Below, piece after piece: positions 56,319-64,000 of a stretch of DNA of 64,000 nucleotides. The notes under the pieces were generated by a model that was not told the DNA's origin, searched no databases, and saw only the letters and a program-made list of their open reading frames with translations. Origin of the DNA: a virus. Taxonomy: Duplodnaviria > Heunggongvirae > Uroviricota > Caudoviricetes. Each line of letters opens with the position of its first letter. Position 1 is the stretch's first letter. The stretch is taken from positions 1-64,000 of the IMG/VR virus record IMGVR_UViG_3300022205_000001. One strand, written 5' to 3'. A program made the position numbers and the translations under genes.

Positions 56319-56672
56319 TTAGAATTGGCTGAGTGTTGCAACAACTGCACTGAAAATCAAATCCTTGGCTCGCTGTTCTGGTGGAAGTTCATTGTATGGG
56401 CGAAAGCAAGGGTGCGTCTTCTCTGTCTCACTCTTCACTTCTCCATACTTCCATCCCTGTTCGGCTTTCTTTTTGAGCCAGTTCTCATGGGAGGCTTTTG
56501 GAGATGCATCAGGATTCTTGAGATGGAATTCTACCCCATGCACAATCAAATCACGATGCTCTTGGCTCATTAAGCGCCAGGGCAACTGGCTATAATCACC
56601 AAGCGAATGACAATACGCTCGATTCGCTTCATGTGCGGCTTCGGCAATCTGCTCGTTCGTTAACTTCATCAC
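56319..56672 (-). CDS. hypothetical protein
   Basis: ORF. Confidence 0.45.
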   Translation of the reverse strand: MMKLTNEQIAEAAHEANRAYCHSLGDYSQLPWRLMSQEHRDLIVHGVEFHLKNPDASPKASHENWLKKKAEQGWKYGEVKSETEKTHPCFRPYNELPPEQRAKDLIFSAVVATLSQF

Positions 56673-56673
56673 A

Positions 56674-56916
56674 TTATCCTTTCGTTACAATAGCTGGATG
56701 TAAAGACGTTCCTAATTTTCCTTGACATCCCTTTGTAGGACATAACCATTTAGTCCCATCCCATTCCTTCACAAATACCATTTCCCCCGATGGATACTGT
56801 TCACCACAACGGGTACAAAATACATTCTCAATCACACTCAATTCTCGATTAGCCCACAATTCTTCTTTAGTCATTGAGCACCCCCTGTTTTCGAGAATAC
56901 TCCAAATACTTTTCAA
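56674..56916 (-). CDS. zinc-ribbon protein
   Basis: CTRCGEQ...CPTKGC. Confidence 0.4.
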   Translation of the reverse strand: MKSIWSILENRGCSMTKEELWANRELSVIENVFCTRCGEQYPSGEMVFVKEWDGTKWLCPTKGCQGKLGTSLHPAIVTKG

Positions 56917-57220
56917 CCTTCTGACGTTTCAGGCTCATCAACCTCACACATTCACCTTCATTGTCAAGAATATCTGATGGAATGATCCCCTCTTCCTTAC
57001 ACATATCCACCAAACACGCTAAATCAATCAATTCCGTAACAACCCGGTTTCCCGCCGTTTCATCATCTTGTGTAGGGTACTTATTGTTGGGTCCAAAACG
57101 CAACTGCTTCGCAATTGCTTGACTCACCTCACAAGCTTCTTCACCCAACTGAATCAATAACAAATCTTGTCGTGTCATGCGAAAAAATCCTCCAAGGTTG
57201 ACTGCTTTTCTGTGTGCCAT
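56867..57220 (-). CDS. hypothetical protein (possible MazG-like all-alpha NTP pyrophosphatase)
   Basis: weak EExxE...D pattern only. Confidence 0.4.
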   Translation of the reverse strand: MAHRKAVNLGGFFRMTRQDLLLIQLGEEACEVSQAIAKQLRFGPNNKYPTQDDETAGNRVVTELIDLACLVDMCKEEGIIPSDILDNEGECVRLMSLKRQKVEKYLEYSRKQGVLND

Positions 57221-59736
57221 CCGATACTATCTAGGACGATCTTGAGAGGATCAAGAAACGCCTTATCAAATTGCACACGATAATCAACAATCGTATCCAA
57301 TTTCAATTCCTTCGGAATACGGGTCATGAATGCGATTACCGGAATACCTAACACATTCGGTTGCTTCAATGCGATGAATTTGATCTTGTCACCACTACGA
57401 ATCAATTCATACTCAGCATCCAATTTGTTCTTCTTGAGGAAATGGTTATACATCAACGCAGCCTTCACATGCATGGGTGCACCCTTTATGTAGACACTTT
57501 CATGGTGAGCCCAACCACCTCGACTCTCCGACTCCAATCCATTCACCGTCCGCGGTGACGCAATTTCACTTAACGGAAGGGTAGAGAATTCCTTTCGGAA
57601 CGTCTCAATAAATGTAATCACATCATCCTCTGTTCCACTCACAATCAACTTAAGGGCTTCCTTAATCTTCTTCCGACATGATGATGGAGTAGAGGACTTG
57701 ATAGCTTCAAGTCCCTGGATCTTCAACTCAGGCTCTTTATATCGAACCCCTTCTTGATCCCACACATTCAAGATGTAGCGTTTCTTGGCAGTCCAAATTG
57801 CGGTATCCACCAAACTCTCACGCTTCATCTTCATCTTCTGGGCATATGCATGGACATAGGTCGCCAACTCTTTGTAGGATGCATCGATGAATTCTTGAAG
57901 CTTATTACACGCCTTATCCATCCATTCAATGATATCCTTTGATTGCTGACTCTTACAGCACCGGTTGACCAACGGACCCAAACTCAAATAGATGGAATCG
58001 GTATCCGATGCAAGCACATAATCTGAACCTTTCGTTCCCAACATCTTGTTCATGTGCCCATTCAATCGATCCTCAATCCACCGAATACTCAATTGACCTG
58101 CCAATGTAACAGCTTCCGCAATACGCACATCAAAGAATCGGAAGTGTTCATTCCCCATAGCGCCATACGCTGAATTCAATCCAACTTTGATTGCCATCTG
58201 AAGATTCTTATATCGAGAAATCAAATTCTCCAACTCCTTCTTGCGGGTTGGATCGGTACAGATTTCCTTTTCCTTCTGCGCTTCGATTTGTTTTGTCTTA
58301 TAGATCACACGACGATCATACATTTTCTGCATGATTTCTGCCAGGAATCCTTGACGGGTCGTGCGAAACAACTGTCCATTCGGAGTAATTGTATATCCAT
58401 CAAGTGAATCGAGGTTAATTTGTTGATTCAGCAATGTTGAAACCGTAATCGGCTGTCTCAACAATTCCTTCATTTCATCTGTATACTCTTGAGGTTCAAT
58501 GATCATCTCAGGAGACAGATTATATTGCATGATCAAGTGAGGATACAGACTGTTCAAGTCAAATGATGCGACCCACTGGTGTCGACCAAGTTGAGGGTCT
58601 TTGACATACGCCCCTTCATACGCTTGTAATTTCTTATGTTCCCGCTTCGGTGGAAGCACAATATTCTTCTGCAAGAGTGCATTGTAACAAATCGTATCCC
58701 ACATGCGAACCTGTGAGAACACATCTTCATAGTTCGTCTTGTTATCGTAAGCCAATGTGAGCGCCATGTCAATCAAACGACCTTTGGCATTCAATCGCTC
58801 AACCAATTCAACGTCTTTGACGTTATACTCAATAAACTTCTGGTGATCTTGTTCATAGAGGTGATGGAGACTGTCATACTCAGAATAATCTAACTTCCGT
58901 TCCTTCAATTCCACATGAGCAATGTAGTCCAGCTTATAGGATTCTTGAGCATAGTTCGGAGCATATTTACGGAAGAGTTGCATATAATCGAGGGTGGAGA
59001 CACCAAGCAACTGAAACACTCGTTGTGGTTTGTTATAGAAGGTTTCTTCTCTCAATGAGATACGACCCCACGGCGACAACCACTTCGCTTTTTCTTCACC
59101 AAAGTATGAGAGATTACAGAGACGACCCACAAGGTAGGGAATGTCGAATGTCTTGACGTTCCAACCCGTCACCACATCAGGGTATTCCTCCATCCACATA
59201 TGGAGGAATTTTTCGAGAAGGTCCACTTCATCACTACACAAATGATAACGGATATCTCCGCGGTGTGGAGTGTATGCGCCACATCCAAACACATGGTAGT
59301 ATGGACTGTTGGAAAATTTGATCGTGATTGCGGTCACAGGATTTTGACACTGTTCAACACTGGGCATTCCACTTTCAGAACCGACTTCGATATCCAAGTA
59401 GGCGACCACAACATCATCCATCGACCACTCAATATGTTCTTCTGAGTGTTGATCAGCAATGAAGGAATACTCGAAACGAGAATTTCCATAGATCGTGAAT
59501 CCCTCGACCTTATCGTATCGCTTCAAATATTCTTTCGCCTCATTGATTGAAACAAATTGCACTTCATCAACGAGGTTACCATGTAAGTCACGCCATTTTG
59601 AGGGGGAGTTTTCTTGATTGGAAGGGACGAACAGGGTCGGCGAGTACTCTTGTTTGAGGCGTACCCGCCGACCATTATCAACACCACGATAATAAATGTA
59701 ATTACCCTGACATGCGACATGTGTATAAAACTTCAT
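57175..59736 (-). CDS. DNA polymerase, family B (T4 gp43-like)
   Basis: exo motifs (YLDIEV), motif A DLNSLYPHLI, motif B KVGLNSAYGAMG, motif C LASDTDSIY; N-terminus aligns with T4 gp43 from the MKFY Met. Confidence 0.95.
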   Translation of the reverse strand: MKFYTHVACQGNYIYYRGVDNGRRVRLKQEYSPTLFVPSNQENSPSKWRDLHGNLVDEVQFVSINEAKEYLKRYDKVEGFTIYGNSRFEYSFIADQHSEEHIEWSMDDVVVAYLDIEVGSESGMPSVEQCQNPVTAITIKFSNSPYYHVFGCGAYTPHRGDIRYHLCSDEVDLLEKFLHMWMEEYPDVVTGWNVKTFDIPYLVGRLCNLSYFGEEKAKWLSPWGRISLREETFYNKPQRVFQLLGVSTLDYMQLFRKYAPNYAQESYKLDYIAHVELKERKLDYSEYDSLHHLYEQDHQKFIEYNVKDVELVERLNAKGRLIDMALTLAYDNKTNYEDVFSQVRMWDTICYNALLQKNIVLPPKREHKKLQAYEGAYVKDPQLGRHQWVASFDLNSLYPHLIMQYNLSPEMIIEPQEYTDEMKELLRQPITVSTLLNQQINLDSLDGYTITPNGQLFRTTRQGFLAEIMQKMYDRRVIYKTKQIEAQKEKEICTDPTRKKELENLISRYKNLQMAIKVGLNSAYGAMGNEHFRFFDVRIAEAVTLAGQLSIRWIEDRLNGHMNKMLGTKGSDYVLASDTDSIYLSLGPLVNRCCKSQQSKDIIEWMDKACNKLQEFIDASYKELATYVHAYAQKMKMKRESLVDTAIWTAKKRYILNVWDQEGVRYKEPELKIQGLEAIKSSTPSSCRKKIKEALKLIVSGTEDDVITFIETFRKEFSTLPLSEIASPRTVNGLESESRGGWAHHESVYIKGAPMHVKAALMYNHFLKKNKLDAEYELIRSGDKIKFIALKQPNVLGIPVIAFMTRIPKELKLDTIVDYRVQFDKAFLDPLKIVLDSIGWHTEKQSTLEDFFA

Positions 59737-59796
59737 ACATTCCACCTCATAATAAAGTAAGAAGATTATATCACAGTCGCATAGGAAATGCAAGCA

Positions 59797-60153
59797 CTAT
59801 TGTAGAGGATTTCCAGGAAGCACTATCCCACTACCGAAATTGGTATTGTAGTTGTTCAACACTTCTGTGGTAGGTGTCAAGACCGTCAATACATCCGTCA
59901 CAGAAAATGTGATGCCCGTCTTCCACTCTTCCGCATACTGCATAAATGGCGCGAATGCCATTCCGACCTTTCCTTGTGCCTGGTCAGCTTCACTCCGTGG
60001 CACGAATATCAACGAGACAGGCTTTTCTACCACAACCTTCCCATTTGCCTTATCAGTATCAATCAAATCACCAACAATCTGCAATCCATTATTGAACACA
60101 ATCAACTTCACGCTCATAGGGCAACCTCCATTATGATTTAGGTTTAGGAACAT
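59797..60153 (-). CDS. hypothetical protein
   Basis: ORF. Confidence 0.45.
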   Translation of the reverse strand: MFLNLNHNGGCPMSVKLIVFNNGLQIVGDLIDTDKANGKVVVEKPVSLIFVPRSEADQAQGKVGMAFAPFMQYAEEWKTGITFSVTDVLTVLTPTTEVLNNYNTNFGSGIVLPGNPLQ

Positions 60154-60553
60154 ATTTAGAAAAATCCGCAGGCTTCCAATCAGCCGGCTTCAAAATTTTT
60201 CCATCGGGACGGCGAAGCAACTTTCCAGTTGAAGGATCTTTTTGTAGCTTTGCGCGATTTGCTCGTGTTAACGCATTCCAGGCACCCTCAATATCATAAC
60301 CTTTTGAGATCATGTACCCAAGAGTCACCCAAATCAAATCCACTGCTTCATTGACAATGTGGGTGTCATTACCTGACGTAATGGCTTCAGACAACTCCTT
60401 GTATTCCTCTGTGATAAATTTTGCGTATAGGGCGGGAACATCAGCACTAGTAGGTTCTACTGCGATTTTAGAAGACACTGAAGGATATTCCACATATGCC
60501 ATATGCTCAGACATCATCATAAAATCAGCGACAACATATTCATCAATCATCAC
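60131..60553 (-). CDS. MazG-like nucleoside triphosphate pyrophosphohydrolase
   Basis: EEYKELSEAI...EAVDLIWV (ExxE...ExxD all-alpha NTP-PPase pattern). Confidence 0.45.
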   Translation of the reverse strand: MMIDEYVVADFMMMSEHMAYVEYPSVSSKIAVEPTSADVPALYAKFITEEYKELSEAITSGNDTHIVNEAVDLIWVTLGYMISKGYDIEGAWNALTRANRAKLQKDPSTGKLLRRPDGKILKPADWKPADFSKYVPKPKS

Positions 60554-60570
60554 ACCCCTCCATTATGTAG

Positions 60571-61065
60571 TTATTGATTCAATCCAGGACTATACACTAA
60601 CTTCCCATTCACACGGCTCGCAGTCAAACACTGCTTCTTCACATTATCTTTCACAAAGGACACATGGACCCAACCAGAATTCGGTTGACCTGGAACATAG
60701 AATTCAAGAATGATCTGGTGATACTCTGGTAGATTATCTCGACACCAAGCAGCCACTTCATAATTTGATACACCATCAATCTCAAAGTCTGCGGCTTGAC
60801 CCAAACAATGCTTACTAAGTCTATCTATTGTTGTGGTCATGGGATTGATTGCCATGTTCAATGCCATAGATCGATAGCCAGAATTGATACGCACAGGCTT
60901 ACCGAAATGAACACGTACAGGTTCCAGAACCTTCTCACAAAGGAGTTTCATGTTCCGTAGATGTGTGTCATCAGGAGTGTTATCAATACCCAACCGAGTC
61001 GCAACGTCTGAACGTGTAAATTCGGCAAGTGTGAAGTGTTCTGAAAGTTTCATAGTTAGGTCCAT
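60571..61065 (-). CDS. peptidase M15-like (zinc D-Ala-D-Ala carboxypeptidase fold; candidate endolysin/cell-wall enzyme)
   Basis: INSGYRS...H.LGQAADFE...H pattern typical of Peptidase_M15/DUF882. Confidence 0.55.
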   Translation of the reverse strand: MDLTMKLSEHFTLAEFTRSDVATRLGIDNTPDDTHLRNMKLLCEKVLEPVRVHFGKPVRINSGYRSMALNMAINPMTTTIDRLSKHCLGQAADFEIDGVSNYEVAAWCRDNLPEYHQIILEFYVPGQPNSGWVHVSFVKDNVKKQCLTASRVNGKLVYSPGLNQ

Positions 61066-61658
61066 AGGTGATTGCGGTATTTTATGAGAAGTTGTAGCAT
61101 CTCGGTGTCTTCTTGGAAATATTTATCCTCTAACTCATGAGCAAAATTATAGCACGATTTTGTGAATGGGTCAAGTTCTGGTAGTGTGCCATTATGATCC
61201 TTGGCATACTTTATCATGGCACTAAAGTCTACATCAGGCACCATGTCCCAAGGATCAATTCGGCATGGACGATCATGTTTCCAGAATTTGTAGAGATCAA
61301 AAATTACCTGGGCTGAAGCTGATTGTGAAGGATGTTCATCTCCTAAGCCTATTTCCCATCGAAGACGATGGAGTCCTTGAAGTGCATTACGGTAGGATGG
61401 AAGGAACCAGTGTAAAATAGGAATGTTGTGAAGTGTATCAAGAACCTTTTGGACTGGAGTATTGAAATGATCACCGTTCAATGCTGCACATTCAATTTCA
61501 ACATAGTCTACCAGGAGTTGAAAATTGGCATACAACATACGATGATCGATATCATGGTACGAACCTATGCCAAATTCAGGATCAGTGATGATTACTTTGT
61601 GGGAAGGATGAACCCAACGATTATGAATATACATCAAGGCATCTTTAAAAATAGACAT
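61056..61658 (-). CDS. hypothetical protein (200 aa)
   Basis: ORF. Confidence 0.5.
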   Translation of the reverse strand: MSIFKDALMYIHNRWVHPSHKVIITDPEFGIGSYHDIDHRMLYANFQLLVDYVEIECAALNGDHFNTPVQKVLDTLHNIPILHWFLPSYRNALQGLHRLRWEIGLGDEHPSQSASAQVIFDLYKFWKHDRPCRIDPWDMVPDVDFSAMIKYAKDHNGTLPELDPFTKSCYNFAHELEDKYFQEDTEMLQLLIKYRNHLWT

Positions 61659-61902
61659 TATTCACCATTGTAGCGGGGATTAGGGTATGCTAGGAAGCAT
61701 CTGCCCTCCGCTTCACTTCGTTCCGCTTCGGGCAGGTATTATTTGGAGTTCTAAGGTAAGTATCAAGAAATCTAAGGTAACTCAAGAGGTTACTTGGGTT
61801 TCAGAAGGTCTCTTAAGATATTTAGCCTACATTTTCCTCAATTCAGCTTCATTAGAAAAATTTCATCAAAAATTAATGTAATTTTAATGTATACCGGGGC
61901 AT

Positions 61903-62310
61903 TTATTGAGGTTTCTTGCCAATGGTATACTTTGCTACCAGTTTCCAGTCCGGTTTTTCCTTATATGTCAAGATTTTGACATAGTGAAGGGGCGCTGTGG
62001 TAGTAATAATCTCAGGATTGACAATCTTCAGCAATCCCCATTCCTCTAATAATTTAGCAATCGTGTTTCGCCGGGCTACATCGGAGTCCGTAAACGATGA
62101 AGGCTTCCCATCCAGTTCAAAGAGTTCCTTGAAATGACAGAGATAGTACTTCCCCCGTTTGTGGAGAATGTGACAGGATTGGTAGAGGATCTTGTCATTT
62201 TGTGACGCAATCCCAATGCGGCTCAGGGTTTCGCGGATTTTATGGAAATCGTCGGGTTGTTGTAGAGCAATCTCGACAAAGGAGTGTAAATCAATCATAG
62301 TAGACCTCAT
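61903..62310 (-). CDS. regA: translational repressor RegA
   Basis: aligns along its whole length with T4 RegA: KILYQSCHILHKRGKYYLCHFKELFELDG..., WKLVAKYTIG. Confidence 0.85.
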   Translation of the reverse strand: MRSTMIDLHSFVEIALQQPDDFHKIRETLSRIGIASQNDKILYQSCHILHKRGKYYLCHFKELFELDGKPSSFTDSDVARRNTIAKLLEEWGLLKIVNPEIITTTAPLHYVKILTYKEKPDWKLVAKYTIGKKPQ

Positions 62311-62330
62311 AAGTGAAACATTATGTTCAC

Positions 62331-62729
62331 TTATTTAGTCTTTTTAGATTTTACACGACCTCCGATATCGGTTCGTTCCTTGATTAGATCAAGTTGTTCT
62401 GGAGTGATGGTGTTGAGGATTTCTATTGCCCGCTTATCTGAACACTCAAAGAGGGTCTTGATTGCTTTCAATTCCTCATTGGTTTCAGGTTTCCCCCACT
62501 TATGGAACGGGCGCTTGCGACTACGGACGGTATGTAGGAGGTAGTGGAATTGGAGTTTCTTGTCCAAGTGGTAGCGTTGATTCATTTCATTGGCAGGCAT
62601 GATGCAGTCCAATTCATAGGACAAAGCTTTGTTCACAATGAACGGAAGATACTCTTTCTCCGACTGTGGATCAGTCATGAGATCTTGCTTGCCTGATTGG
62701 ATCTGTTTGACAAAATCAAAGGGGTTCAT
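62331..62729 (-). CDS. clamp-loader small subunit (T4 gp62-like)
   Basis: NKALSYELDCIMPANEMN...FHYLLHTVRSRKRPFHKWGK parallels T4 gp62 ENALSQFPECMPAVYAMN...FNYLMAAVPRGKRYGKWAK. Confidence 0.65.
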   Translation of the reverse strand: MNPFDFVKQIQSGKQDLMTDPQSEKEYLPFIVNKALSYELDCIMPANEMNQRYHLDKKLQFHYLLHTVRSRKRPFHKWGKPETNEELKAIKTLFECSDKRAIEILNTITPEQLDLIKERTDIGGRVKSKKTK

Positions 62730-63316
62730 ATAAAATAATCTAGAATAGATAATGTTGGTTGCTGTTTTTTGGGACTATAATTATTCACACTTTGCCTTAA
62801 ACTCTCATGGTAGGGGAGGGTAAGCAATGTTCCATGATGCTTTATGTATTTGAATGGTATGTTTGGATCATTCAGTTGGCTACCCACTCCTAGTAGATAT
62901 TTCACTTTCTTCATCATAACAACATCAACAGAATTTTTCATCAGTATCTCTATTACCCTATCTCCTATTCTTTTTGATTCATTTAATTTATCTTCTATTG
63001 AATCAATCCACTCTTTCATGTTTTCAGGTGAAAGATGATAAAACTCAGTCAGTTCAAATCTATCATGATAATTAACTCCAAATGCTACAACCCAATGTTG
63101 AGTTCTCCATCTAATAATATGGTTATGATTTACTGCTCTAGCTGTTGATATGTTTTTCCCTCTCTTGAATGAGGTTTTTAATTCATATTTGTTATCGTTT
63201 TCATCTACCGCATCAGAGTGTCCACTTCTCCCAAGACCACTTTCTCGTAATCTTAAGATTTCACGCATTTTTATTTCGCGTAAATCATCTTGAGGCATCT
63301 TCGATGATGGCGTCAT
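62726..63316 (-). CDS. hypothetical protein inserted between clamp-loader genes (possible mobile endonuclease)
   Basis: position between gp44 and gp62 homologues, where T4-like phages carry seg/mob genes; no clear motif. Confidence 0.4.
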   Translation of the reverse strand: MTPSSKMPQDDLREIKMREILRLRESGLGRSGHSDAVDENDNKYELKTSFKRGKNISTARAVNHNHIIRWRTQHWVVAFGVNYHDRFELTEFYHLSPENMKEWIDSIEDKLNESKRIGDRVIEILMKNSVDVVMMKKVKYLLGVGSQLNDPNIPFKYIKHHGTLLTLPYHESLRQSVNNYSPKKQQPTLSILDYFI

Positions 63317-64000
63317 TACACAAACTCACATTGCAACATCAGTTCAGTCAAACATGCCATCACATTGATTTCAGCATCCGCCACAAACGCTTGCTTATAC
63401 TGATAGTCTGCCAGCAAGAGAACCATCTGTGGAATGGATTCTTTCTTGAGGATCGTATACATGTTGTCATAGAGCTTACGATAGAGGGCAGCCGGCTCAA
63501 TATCACGTCCTGCAACCCACTTCCGCAACGCACCAAAATCCTTCTCTTTCAGAAGCTTGACGACCTCGTTGATTTCCATGTCACCGATATGGGTAAGGAT
63601 ACCAACATCAATCTTTCCGAACTGAGCATACCGCTGCAATTCATTGATCACACGGCGGAAATCAGGGAAGAACTTTTTGATCAATTCAGCGACGACCTTT
63701 TGATCAAACTCAACCTTTTCTTGAGTCAGGATGTTCTTGATCCTATTGAAGAAGAGTTCTGCCATCTTCTGCTTCTCATTCGCTTTCAATGTGAAGTCTA
63801 CGACGGCACAACGAGAGTGTAGGGGATCGATGATCCGGCTCTTGAAGTTACAGGTAAAGATGAATCCACAGTTCCCTGCAAATTCCTCCATTGCGTTACG
63901 CAACGCTGGCTGAGTGGAATTGGGATTCAAATAGTCTGCTTCATCAATAATGATGATCTTTCGACCCCCCGTAAGGGACATGGATGAGGCGTAGTTTTTG
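63316..64000 (-). CDS. clamp-loader large subunit (T4 gp44-like AAA+), C-terminal part; continues past window end
   Basis: IIIDEAD Walker B, SRC sensor motif, FPDFRRVINELQ vs T4 gp44 FPDFRKTIGELD; frame open to 64000. Confidence 0.85.
   Translation of the reverse strand, partial: KNYASSMSLTGGRKIIIIDEADYLNPNSTQPALRNAMEEFAGNCGFIFTCNFKSRIIDPLHSRCAVVDFTLKANEKQKMAELFFNRIKNILTQEKVEFDQKVVAELIKKFFPDFRRVINELQRYAQFGKIDVGILTHIGDMEINEVVKLLKEKDFGALRKWVAGRDIEPAALYRKLYDNMYTILKKESIPQMVLLLADYQYKQAFVADAEINVMACLTELMLQCEFV

Noticed and set aside
61659-61902. T4-type late promoter (TATAAATA) or RegA operator in the regA-downstream gap
   Set aside because: No TATAAATA (as tatttata on the + strand) was found there, only short hairpins (CTGCCC...GGGCAG, GTAAC...GTTAC), which are insufficient to call.

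Overview
This window is a densely packed segment of a T4-like (Tevenvirinae/Straboviridae-like) myovirus genome. Almost every gene is on the minus strand, so transcription runs from high to low coordinates. At the high-coordinate end is a recognisable T4 replication core in T4 order, assigned from my recollection of the T4 protein sequences: clamp-loader gp44 (partial at the window edge), gp62, RegA, DNA polymerase gp43, UvsX, a gene-40-position ORF, the gp41 helicase and, about 20 kb further on, the gp61 primase. Accessory blocks interrupt this core: a glycan/sugar-nucleotide cassette, class II RNR plus ThyX, at least six free-standing homing endonucleases (4 HNH, 2 GIY-YIG), two large lysine-rich proteins, and a ParB-like/nucleotidyltransferase/kinase fusion. 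The low-coordinate half (0-27 kb) is an early-type region of about 70 small, mostly unidentifiable ORFs with overlapping start/stop codons. It is punctuated by 13 or more copies of a sigma70-like promoter (TTGACA, 17-nt spacer, -10) whose -10 sits inside a 7-6-7 palindrome. This region also holds an NAD+ salvage pair (NAMPT + PRPP synthetase) and several translation/tRNA-rescue genes. These are a GGQ (ArfB/PrfH-like) peptidyl-tRNA hydrolase translationally coupled to an Rnl2-type RNA ligase, a PTH2-like hydrolase, a CCA-enzyme-like nucleotidyltransferase, and a ~290-nt non-coding stretch with a tRNA-like T-arm and acceptor end. The GGQ/ligase/RNA module and the tri-domain fusion protein are the two strongest candidates for something not previously described. 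I found no CRISPR array and no canonical tRNA.
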